NCBI GenBank assembly: GCA_030264375.1
Contig: JASCQW010000027.1
Span: forward strand, 39,374,116-39,438,115
Length of the DNA: 64,000 nt
Direction: 5' to 3'
DNA from: Carcharhinus longimanus
Taxonomy: Eukaryota
Within the stretch, counting starts at the first letter, position 1. Each line of letters starts with the position of its first letter. Position numbers and translations under genes: made by a program. Below the pieces are notes generated by a model, which saw only the letters and a program-made list of their open reading frames with translations, was not told where the DNA came from and made no database searches. This document shows positions 14,330 through 25,759 of the stretch, one piece after another.

Positions 14330-15870
14330 AAGGAAGCAATTTGTTAAAGACAAATTGTGTTTGTCCAACTTAATTGAGTTATTTGATTAAGTATCAAAGA
14401 AGGTTGATGAGAGTAGTGCACTTTATGTTGTGTACATAGGATTTGAGAATGTTCTTTTTAAAGTAACATGTAATAGACTTTCTGGCAAAGTTGAAGCCCA
14501 TGGATAGGTGGCTGTGAGGATATGAAATTGGCTAAGGGATAGAAAGCAGGTGAGGCAGGTGATTATTTTTCACACTGGAGGAAAGCAAACCATTGGGTGC
14601 CTGTCAATGATTTGTGTTGGGATCATAGCTCTTTCTGATATTGTGTACACAAGGCATAATTACAAAATTGGAACTGAGACAAAACTCATAAATGTAGTAA
14701 ACAGTGAGGAGAATAATAACAGACTTCAGGAGGATAAAGGCTGGTGAAATAGGCAGACACATGGCAGATTAAATTAAATGCCAAGAAATGTGGAAATATT
14801 CATTTTGGTACAAAGAATGAGGAAAGGCAATCTAAACTAAATGGTATAATTTTAAATTGGTGCAGGAACTGATGTTGCATATATACTCGGCAGAATTCAC
14901 CCAAAAAATGACTAAGTGTCATCTCCGGCAGCAAACATAATGCAATTCCCGCTGGCTGGGTGAGTGCAATCTCAATCGCAATCCATCCACAGTTAAGTCA
15001 TTTTTTGGAAGGGGGTGTGATTTGCACTGCTAATAAAGGGATGGGATCTAAACATGCGAGCAGGTCAGGTTCCTCAGAGACTGGGGCTCTTTTTTGAAAG
15101 GCACTGACTGGTAGGCAGTAATTAGTGGTACCACAGGGATCTGTGCTAGAACCCCAATTGTTCACATTATATATTAATCATTTGGAAGATGGAACTAAAT
15201 GTATAATCTCCAAATTTGCAGGTGATATAAAGTTGGGTGGGAGGGTGAGCTGTGAGGAGGATGCAGAGATGCTTCAGTGTGATTTGGATAGGCTGAGTGT
15301 GTGGACATACAAATGGCATATTATTGCTACCAAAGTGGATAAGCAATTATCCACTTTAGTAGCAATAATAGGAAGATGGATTATTTCTTGATTTGGTGTA
15401 AATTGAGAGGTAGATACTCAGCAAGACCTTGGTGTCTTTGTATATCTGTTGCTGAAAGCACGCAGATACAACAGGCAGAAGACAAATGGTATGTTGGCCT
15501 CCATAGCAAAAGGATTTGAGTACAGGAAGAAAGATGTTTTACTGCAATTCTATAGGGTTTTGGTGAGGCCACACCTGGAGTGCAGTTTTGGTGTCCTTTT
15601 CTGAGGAAGGACGTCCTTGCTATAGAGCGAATACAGCGAAGGTTTATCAGACTGATTCCTGGAATGGCAGGTCTATCGTATGAGGAGACACGAAGTTGGT
15701 TAACATTGTGTTCATTTGATTTTAGAAGAGTGAGAGGGGATCTCATAGAAGCTTATAAAATTCTAATAGGGTTCAACATGTTAGATTCAGAAAGAATGCT
15801 CCCAATGGTGGGGGAATCCGGGACTAGGGGTCATAGTTTGAGGACAAGGGGTAAAACCATTAGAACTGAA
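14330..15870 (+). mobile_element. CR1-like LINE fragments, with a small MITE-like insert at ~14885-15100
   Basis: VPQGSVLEPQLFTLYIN..SKFAGD; QFWCPFLRKD. Confidence 0.8.
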
Positions 15871-15877
15871 ATGTACA

Positions 15878-16190
15878 ATTGTCTGTACCTTTTAAGACTT
15901 GATTACCTGTAAAGACTCGCATTCCAACCATTATTTTGTAAATTGAGTTTGTGTNNNNNNNNNNNNNNNNNNNNNNNNNNNNNNNNNNNNNNNNNNNNNN
16001 NNNNNNNNNNNNNNNNNNNNNNNNNNNNNNNNNNNNNNNNNNNNNNNNNNNNNNTTGTCTGTACCTTTAAGACTTGATTACCTGTAAAGACTCGCATTCC
16101 AACCATTATTTTGTAAATTGAGTTTGTGTCTGTATATGCCCTGTTCGTGAACAGAACTCCCACTTACCTGATGAAGGAGGAGCGCTCAAA
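15878..16190 (+). mobile_element. Penelope-like element terminal fragment spanning a gap
   Basis: reverse-complement similar to 60150-60280; ends in CTGATGAAGGAG..GCTC. Confidence 0.7.
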
Positions 16191-16199
16191 AAGAAAGCT

Positions 16200-16990
16200 T
16201 GACAGCAAATTCACTAAATAATTTTGAAAAGGCAATGGATAAGTGCCCAGAGAGAAAGTTTTCAGGGATGTGGAAAAGAGCAGGAAAATGGGTCTAAGAA
16301 CTAACAGACATAATGAGCCAAATGGCCTCCTTCTTTGCTGTATCAGTCTATGATTGGAAAGTAAATAGTATGCTATAATTTATTGCAAGGGGAATTGAAT
16401 ACAAAAGTAGGAAAGTTATGCTTCAATTGCACAGAGCATTGGTGAAACCACATCTACAGTATTGGTCTCCTTATTTGAAAAAGGATGGAAGTCCATTGGA
16501 AGCAATCCAGGCAAGGTTTACTAAACTAATACTTGGATCGGGTATGCTATCTAATGAGCAATGATTGGACAGATTAGGTTTGTAGCCGCATGAAGTTTGC
16601 AAGAGTAAGAGGCAACTTGATAGAAACTTATAAGATCCTGAGGGGTCAAGATCGGGTCAATGTAGAAAGAATGTTTGCTCTTGTAGGAGAATCTAGTGCT
16701 AGGGGCCACTGTTTAAAATTAAGGGGTCATCTGTTTAGAACAGAGGTCAAGAGGTTTTTTTAGTTTTGGCTGGTTGTGAGTTCATGGAACTCGTTCTCAA
16801 AAGTCAGTGGAAGTAGAATCTTTAAATATTTTTAAAACAGATGTAGATAGGTTCTTGTGAAAGAAGAATTGGCAGATTATCGGGATGGGTGGGAATATGG
16901 AGCTGAGGCTACAATTAGACCAGCAATGACCTTAATGAATGGTGGAGCAACTTTGAAGAATTGAGTTTTAATACTTTTAATTCATTTAAT
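16200..16990 (+). mobile_element. CR1-like LINE fragments
   Basis: decayed RT C-terminal and 3' UTR motifs. Confidence 0.65.
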
Positions 16991-18949
16991 TCAATTTCTC
17001 CTTGCTCTGGATGCCTCCACAGGTAAATTTGTTTTTGCATATCTGCAAATTAAATTTTTGCAACCTGTCCTCATAATTTAGCCTGTTTAAGGCTGATATC
17101 GCTGATTAAGTTTTAGCCTTTATTTCTCCCACCTCCTCCAATGAGTTATACTTTCACTGTACCTAACCACCCATCTCAAATCCAACCCAATCAGAATGGT
17201 TATTCTAAACGTAACAATTGCTTTTTCAAATGAATGACTTGTTTGGTCACTTCAGAGAGGATTAAGAGATATCCACAGCGTGGAGCTGAGTTACTATACA
17301 CCACAACAGAGTCTAGTTGACAGATTCAAACATGTGCTAATTTTTTTTAGAGAAGTACACTCTTTTTATATTTCTAAATTGCACAATTTTTAGAGGCATT
17401 TTTAATGTCAATACACTGGTGTCTATTGCATCACGTTGTGCTTTATTATTGGCCTACTCTATATATTTTGCTTAATTTTCCCCATTTTTGATTATTTAAT
17501 TTGTATTTTTATTGTTTTCAAAATGCCTAATATCTGAAAAGTTATTAGCTATCTGCCAATGAATTGTCTTTTATCTGCAGAAACATCCTTTCCAGCAGGG
17601 GTAACTGTGAGTTTTTTGTTCAGTTCTGTTAAAATCTTTGTCAGAAAGAATAAGGAATTGATCGAAGTATAGAAAACAGCAGGATATTGTGTCAGGCATA
17701 TGCTGAGTGAGCAGCCTGAAGGATCAGTGTTAGGGAAGTGATAATTCAAATTTTAATTGTCTTTCATTCAGAAGCTGAGTGCAAACTAGCCAAAATTGCA
17801 GATAACACCAAACAAGAAGAAGCAATTGACTCTAATGAGGTGGCCCAGGAACTATAGAATTATTTTAAAAATGCACAACAGGACAAGTCAATTGGCAGAT
17901 GACATTTAACATGGACAAATGTAAAGTCAGCACTTAGGAAAAAACAGGTACAAATTATTATATAATTGTTTGAAATAACTAAGGATGAATTAGGTCTGGA
18001 TAGACTTGATAATTTATGGTGCAAAATTTTATTCAACAAAAATCAGCTATGAACATGCTAGTATTGCATGCCCTACACTATTTTAAATTAGAATTAAAAC
18101 CTTAATTTTAAACAGAGAAATACATGCATAGAAAGCCCAGAAAGCGTAATAACATTAAGTGAATTTCACCTATCAATGAAGCAAATATAATGCTAACCTA
18201 TGTAGACAAAATAGTAGTCTCGACAGGGATACTGCAAAAAATAGTTGTCTGCTATGGTGAGGAATTTTCTGGCTGGATAAGGGAAGGGATGGATGGCCTT
18301 CCTTAAGTGTTTTTATCTTTTGTTCATTTGGCTGCCACAAATGTTAATAATCTGAATTTTACATTGAAATATTACATAAACGATATGGCACACAAACAGG
18401 ACAGTTAACCCAAACAGTCTATGCTGGTGTTTATGGTTCACACAAGTCATGAATATTGTCTACGGACTACCTACACCTTTTGTTTAAAAGAAAAAAGTAC
18501 GTGGAAACATAAAAAATAATCATTTGTAAACAAAAAAGATTTAATGCTGGCTGTCAGTTGAAAATTATCTAAACAATTCTAATTTCACAGTACATAGAAA
18601 ACAAATTCTATATGACCTTAAAGGAACATGTCTACTATATTGCTTATTTATAAAGGACTAATTGCAATCGTTAATTTTCAGAGTGCAAATGTGCTTCATT
18701 GATTTTCCATGGTAAAAGAGATTCCCCAGAACAGCTGCAATTGTAATTCAGTTGTTCACAATGAAAAAAGTGTCTTGTAATTTATGGAATATAACAGGGT
18801 GTGGAAGGGAATTTCCAGAAAGGGCAATCGCTACTGCATTTCTTATCAAGCTAACTTCTAGCAAGAATGTCAAAGCTGACAGCACTGGTAGTGTTTTCAT
18901 ATTTCTAACCGCCCTCCCCACCCTCAACACCATGGATTTTTTTTGGCAG

Positions 18950-20350
18950 GCGTTCAGGATAATGGTTGAGAATCGCTTCAGGGGCGAGAAGCTGGAGCAA
19001 GAGAGGTGTGGGGAAGGAAAGACGGTCAAATGTAAATACCACGCAAAACAGGTTGTCTCTGGCTGGCAGGCAGCTGCCGGCCCTGGGAACGCACGCGGCT
19101 TGGCGAACCTCGGAACAGTGATGGAGTTCGCCGCACGCGCTGCTCCCTTCCAGCCCCTCGTGCTTGTCGCCTACACCTGTTGGGGCAGCAACACCGTGCC
19201 TGCTCACCCGTTAGCGCGCATGCGGCACAGTCCGCACCCCTCAACACCCGCCACAATCCGCGCGTGCTGAACACATCGACGCACCCCATTCCCATCCACG
19301 CTGCCTCTCCGCTCCACAAACACGCGCATGCGAAACTCATCCCACTCAGGACACCCACGGTCCTCCCCCCCACGTCCTTCTCTACCTGCACCCCACAACC
19401 CGCGCATGCGAGATTCATCATCCCCACTACATCCGCCCCCCCCCCCCCCCAGCCCTGAGCCCAACCAACCTGGTTTATCTCTCCCTTTCTTACACTCCGC
19501 GCATGCGAGATTCTGAACTACTTCGACAACGTCTTCCCCCCCTCGCCCCGGGCCCGTGCTGCCGCCCCCACCTCACAAAATTCGCGCATGCGAGATTCTT
19601 AACTAGCTCGACACCACACCCCCTACCCAATCTGGCTTCCCTGCCCCATCCCTCCCCACAATGAGCGCGTGCGATATTCATGAGTCCTTCGATCATACCC
19701 TCCCCACCTAAACCGGGCTTCCTCTCTCCCCCGCCCCCCCCCCACCTCACCCCGCACCCCCCACCGGCCAGCGCGTGCAGTGGGGCGGGCGCGAGGGCGT
19801 TCCCGGGGAGAACCCGCCGCGATTTGAATCGAGAGGATTCCAGATGTGGGGCAGGTTTTGTGGAATAGGGAGCTGTAGTCAGTCACAACAAGTTACCACC
19901 AACAAATTCTTGAGGGGGATGGGGGTGTGGGTGGTGGGCTGAAAACAAAAAGTGTTACTTGGGATCAGAATCCCCACCCTCGTAACTCCCTCCCGTCGCA
20001 CCATTTTACTAGCTGCTTGAGCCCCACTTTCTCCCCCCTCCTCTAAAGGGGGAGGTGGTGGGAAAGGGGGAGGTGGAGGTGGGGTGGGAGGGGGGGAAAA
20101 CAGTGTCAATTTTTTTTCTCTGGCCGGTGCTGAGGAAAAAGCAGCGCTGACGGATCGACTCCCGCCCAATGGACACCTCCTTCGGGTACGTGTGAAAGCA
20201 ATGGTGTGGAGGCCGGGGGGGGTGGGGGGGCGACAGTTAGCGGCGTCACGTGGCTGCGGGTTTGGGGGGGTTGGTGGGAAAGGGGATGCCCACTCTTTCC
20301 CGGTTCATGGTGGGCATGCAAGGTGGGAAGGAGAGAGACACTCTAAATAA
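18950..20350. promoter_or_regulatory. CpG island / distal promoter-like region
   Basis: high GC and CpG density in an AT-rich background; NRF1-like motifs, GC box 19782-19789, TTTGAA 19823-19828. Confidence 0.75.
19215..19780 (+). repeat. degenerate ~80-105 bp tandem array with conserved CGCGCATGCGAGATTC core
   Basis: cores start at 19215, 19259, 19323, 19401, 19498, 19583, 19664 and 19770. Confidence 0.85.
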
Positions 20351-20467
20351 ACACACATCTCCCTCTCCCCCTCCCTACCCACTACCACCACCATTTTCCT
20401 CCCTCCATCCCACAGATGCCGGCTTTGGGCTGGGGTTGTTGGCACAGCGAGGAAGTCGCACAGCGAG

Positions 20468-20582
20468 GAAGTCTCACAGCACCCGCTTAAAGTCCCAACA
20501 TGTCTGATGAAGGAGCAGCGCTCCGCAAGCTCGTGCTACCAAATTAAACCTGTTGGACTTTAACCTGGCGCTGTGGGACTTC
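20468..20582. mobile_element. Penelope-derived hairpin fragment with hammerhead-like core
   Basis: inverted arms similar to 60081-60115; CTGATGA at 20504. Confidence 0.7.
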
Positions 20583-23279
20583 TGACTGTGCCCCACCCCC
20601 ACAGTGAGAGAGCAGACAGTGTGCGACGGGGTGGAGGGAATTTAATGGGTGATGTGGTTTGCACCATCGGGTTATTGAACTGCTCTTTCCAGCGGGCATT
20701 GGGGGTGGATGGGTGGGTTTTGTTTGACGTTTGTAGAGATCTGTGCATCTTCGTGTTTATTTGTTGATCGTTTACAGAGCCTTATTTATGTCGCGTGTAT
20801 GTATTTACCGTTCCAAGAGATTTATTTCCCTGTAAACAACCGGTTGGTTGAAGTTTGTGTTTTGTTTGCGCTAGTTGTTGACATGCCAGTGCCTGTGTCG
20901 AGATGCACCTTTGGGCATCGGGCATTTGTGACTGACCTGGACCCAAACAAAAAAAAGAAAAATGCTGCTGGAAATCCGATTTTGTTTTTAAACGAGAGAA
21001 AGAGGGAAAATGTTGAAAACCACTCAGCAGGTCAGGCAAGTGGAAAGAGAGAAAGGGAAAAAGTTAAGTTTTCAACTCCAAGACTTATTTTCTTTCATAA
21101 GGACCTGGAAGAAAATGAGAACTGCAACAATTTTCGTCCATTGGTGAAGTATTTATTTACTCATTAGCCCTGCCATTGTTTTTGACAACAATTTTTAATG
21201 CTTTAATCTCCAGAAGCCTGTTGAGTGTTGCTCCAGCATTTTCTGACCCTTTCATTGCAATCCATACTGGAGAAAGAAAAAGCTGTGACAAGAGAGGCAG
21301 GCAGTGACACTGCACCTGGTTAAAGTGACAGATCTGCCTTATTCAAGAAATGTAAACGTTGGATACTATGATATAAAGATTTTTTAAAGCCGCCTTTCCT
21401 GTAAATCAGCTTGGGAAACCTAAGACAGGGTGATTTTCAGAAAAAGAGCATCAGCTGACGGAAATGCAAAGTAACTGGATTATTTTGCACAGGTAAAGGA
21501 AAGGTGCAGATACCTGGAGAAAGGAATTGATGGGACAAATATTACTACTAAAGNNNNNNNNNNNNNNNNNNNNNNNNNNNNNNNNNNNNNNNNNNNNNNN
21601 NNNNNNNNNNNNNNNNNNNNNNNNNNNNNNNNNNNNNNNNNNNNNNNNNNNNNNNNNNNNNNNNNNNNNNNNNNNNNNNNNNNNNNNNNNNNNNNTTGGC
21701 ACGACCAAACAAAAAAAATGCAGGCCGGGACAAGTGTGTTCGTCGAATATTAAAAAATGTTAAAGTTGGTTGAAGGTTCAGAGTCTGCCAAGAACCTAAT
21801 GTGAAGTTATTTTCCCTTCTGAATTTAAGAAATGCAACAAAAAGAAGCCCTAACCAAAAAAGCAAGTGCAGCACGTTGCCACAAATTTTAAATTATAAAC
21901 GGAATGCCGAAGAGATTCCAAATGGTCCCAGACTCAACATGGATCTACACTGAGATATTGACATTTGAAGTAACAAAAAAAACTATTACCATAAATCCAG
22001 AGAAAATAACTTTCTGGGCTGAATTTTGCAGCAATAAATTACAAAGTGACAAGTTAACAGGTATTATAGATTCATGGCAATTAAAAATTAAATGCAAGTT
22101 TACCCGAATTAAGTTGTAAACGCAACAAATTACAGACCTTGCAATATTTTGTTTATTTAAGCATTAAATAGTACAGCATTAATCAGATGGAGTTAAGTAT
22201 ATGGGCAAAACATTTAGGAATTTTAGTTGTGGGGAGACTTAGTTATTTTGAATTTGGTTTAATCTGAAGTTTCTGCATATTCTCTGCAGTCCACCTGTGA
22301 GAAATATGACCCCAAAATCTTGTGTCAAGCGACTCCAAGTGCTTTATAGGTTTATTGTCCCGTTGTATTACACACGTGCCAGGAGTGTGCAGGAAAGAGG
22401 AAGTCTATCACTGCGATCCAAGATCCCAAATTACTGCTTTCACTAAATCTGTAAATCTATTGCTGTGGACAATACATCTAGAAATGTTGCTTTATAGGAT
22501 CTATAACATAAATGGAGATGTTAAGTTTTAATTATAGCAAAACATAACCTAGAATTTTAATCCATGTTTTTTGAATATCACAAGAATGTAGCAAACGTTT
22601 TTATAATTAAGCTTGAATTTCGGAAGCTGCATAGAGGAAAAATATACATTTTGCATTGTTGTTTTTAACACCGATACGTTTGCGAACAAAGGACCCTCGT
22701 TACTCCATATTTAGGTTTTATTGCAAAACTGCAGGTTGCGCCATCTATAGAATAAGCACTCGACTTTTCGTTCAGTCTAAAATGTGTCATATAATCACTT
22801 AAATGTGTAGCCTGACTTTCTTGTAGGTATAAATGTTCATAAAATCATATTTTCTAATAAACCATTTTGTACTCACTTCCAAGAAACAGTAACTGGGACA
22901 TAACTTCCCCCCCCTTCCACTTTTCCTCAAGCAACATTTCACTAATAATCAAACTGTTAAACAAATTTATTGGGTTGTACAACATCTCTGTTTGCGTCTG
23001 ACTTTCTCTCTGCGGGAGAAAGTAATTCTTTTAGAAACAATATGGTAATTGTATAGATTAGCTGCAGGGAACCCCGCGACTGGATGCTGCGAAAGAGCTG
23101 ACAGATGAAGGACAAAAGCACATTATCTTTACTTGTTTACTTTCTAAAACTCGTTGTGGGGGCGGGGGGGGGNNNNNNNNNNTGATTAGTGGGAAGCATG
23201 AACAATGTGGGGGGGGGGGGAGTTGTGGTACCGGACAGAGCGGGGATTGCAGGAAAAAGGCGGGTTTCACCGAGGACCG

Positions 23280-23479
23280 CCAAGTAGTACGCAGTGCGCC
23301 TGCGTACTACTTTGACTCTGCTTTGGGCGCGAGATTTGGCGGGAGGGGAGGGTCCAAGGGCTTTGTTTGTAGGAATCTGTGTTTACAGAGCGTACACTTT
23401 AATCTCAATTTGCTTCCTCCTCGTGTGAGTTTGGGTGATCACTTGCAGCGACACTTCTTCCGCACTCTGAGAGAGACTC
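23280..23479 (+). promoter_or_regulatory. MYB: MYB proximal promoter / 5' UTR
   Basis: E2F-like TTTGGCGGGA 23335-23344 and TGTTTAC 23380-23386; resembles the mammalian MYB TSS region (recalled); lies directly upstream of the ATG. Confidence 0.8.
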
Positions 23480-23502
23480 ATGGCTCGGCGGCCACGGAAT
23501 AG
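23480..23502 (+). CDS. MYB: c-Myb coding exon 1 (MARRPRNS)
   Basis: ATG GCT CGG CGG CCA CGG AAT AG|gtaac; matches the c-Myb N-terminus MARRPRHS; phase-2 donor. Confidence 0.93.
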
Positions 23503-25759
23503 GTAACAATTCTATGTTTTGGCTGCTGCCTAAATGAACAAAAGTGATTATTGCAGAAAGAGGAAGAACTTTCACTTGAAATTTTGTTAGCTTTATACTG
23601 GTTAGAGAAGACTTGCTGAGTAGCGAGCCAGAAGCTCGCTCCTGCTCGTACTTCACATAGCTAAATTATGAATGGATTCGCGTCCTTTTATGTCTACTAC
23701 GCGGAGTTTCTGCAATACACTTTCCAATCGTAATTGAAAAGCTGGTTACAATGGAGATTATATATATATATCGGTCGTTGAATTTAGTGTCCTAAATTAT
23801 GTGGGCATGCTGTAGAAAGCAGATTTAAAATGCAGAACTTTCATTCATATACGCAAGTTCTGAGTGGCAACAACAATCAGTCTTAAATTGAGAAGGGCAT
23901 TGCAGTATCTCGTAAGAATCCTCTGTACGGGCTGAAGAGATACACTTTACATGATATGTCTCCAAAATATTCACCTAAGTGGAGCTGCAACATTAATATT
24001 TTTGGTCTTTTCGCACGTTGTTCACATAGGAAATACTTGACTGTTCGTGTTTATATGTTATGTAGGTTCTCAGTTGCTATGTTCAGCACCCACTGAACTC
24101 CGCACGAGTATGAGACAAGTTATTGACGTAGCCGAATGCTTTCATGCATGAAAAGAAAATAAGTGTATCCAGTATTGAGCAATGAAGTAGATCACATATA
24201 TTGCTAGTACATGGGCTGTGGAATGACACGTGGATTTTAACTTGTTGCAAGTTGTGTGAAACTGCCGAACACAAGATCCTGACCCTAATTTTTCAACATA
24301 ATAAGGTGGTTCCTGGATGTGTCATGATATGATCTCGGCGAAGGCTGCTACCTAAGTTGTCAAAGTTATACGTAGCAGTGGCTGAAATTGCTAAGAGCTT
24401 TTTCTCCTATTTAATCAACATTTGTGGTCACAGAAAACTGAATATATCAGATGCGTTATCGAAATTAAAATGTGAATGAAATAGGGAACAGTGACACTAG
24501 CAAGTGTGTGGTGCACTACCAGAAGCCGCGCAAGGTCCTTTGTATGCTGAACGTATGGAAGTTCCATATGGCCGATCTACTCTTAAAAGAAACTAGTTTC
24601 CAATAGGATTCTTTCAAAATTTCAGGACTACCAAAAATACACAGAGTTATAGTATTACGGCAATTTTGTGGTTCTTTTGAATTTAGTGTAACAAGCATCT
24701 ACAGATTGCGAATTTGACTAGTTAGTCAAGAGGTCCAGTTGTCATACTTTAACCCATTAACTGCTGAGTTGGTGGTTTAATTTCCTCGCGTCTATGGGTC
24801 ACTAACAAAACTGTCTATAATCTGGATGTAGGGACATTATAACCACGATGCTGTGAACTCAGCAATACATATTTGATTTGTAAAAAGTTTGCCTTTCATT
24901 CTATTTTCAGTAACAGGTTGGTTTGATTTTTTTTCTACAAGCAATGTTGAATCAAATCATTTTCAGTTATATTTAAGCTATAGACACACTTGAATTTTAA
25001 ATATTTAAATTTCATTTGCCTATGACATTGAGCCTTGTAGACAGATACTAAGAAAATTAGTGTATTTATTTAAATTTAGGAATTGTTTTATTGTGTCCAA
25101 ATGAATATTGTCACCTCAAGCACTCTTAAGTCAGCAGTATACTAACTGGACTTCAGGAGTGCATCCTTACTGCAACAATGTGAATTCCTCTGCTTTCCTC
25201 GCTGAGTGAAACTGTCAATTATTGCTGAATTATAGACTATTGCTCTAAATACATATTGGCTAAGATGTGGATTGTGAGTACCCTAACACAGCCAATAGGA
25301 AGAGAAATACCTTCCATTAATTTAGGGTGAATTTGAACCCAGGTGAGAGAGTAGTTAATTGCATATTTCAGTTCCTGTCATCTTTGCTGTGTTTTTTGCT
25401 GTGGACCCATGCTAAGTTTAAATTGTCCAAATAACTTTCTAGAGCAAAGAAAGCACCTATGCAAGCAATAAGGTGTGTTCTGAACTTAAACATTGCGTAT
25501 AAACATCTCTCTCAGGCATTAAGGAAAATCAGTGACAAGGGCGTGGCCCTTGATGTTACAAGTTGATTCACAATCTCCAAAATAATGAGTTGACATTCCT
25601 GACCTGGTATCCAGACCAATGTTCAAGTGGGGCAGTTCTGTTGGTTCTTGTCCATACCACTAGATGGGGTGATGTGTTAGGTGAGAAAAAATGAAGAACA
25701 TTTTGAATCATATGCCTGTTGGAACAGTGCCTCCTGCAGGCTGAACTTAGAGAATCCTA

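Noticed and set aside
15878-16130. ~75-bp direct duplication on both sides of an N gap
   Set aside because: Typical unmerged contig-end overlap, so most likely an assembly artefact
19215-19780. CRISPR-like repeat/spacer array
   Set aside because: Vertebrate context, only a 16-bp core, irregular spacing, mutually similar low-complexity spacers and no cas genes
18748-20507. Many overlapping ORFs in the CpG island; possible first exon of a divergent neighbour such as HBS1L
   Set aside because: Low-complexity GC-driven ORFs; no MARHRNVRG-like start or other recognisable protein on the minus strand
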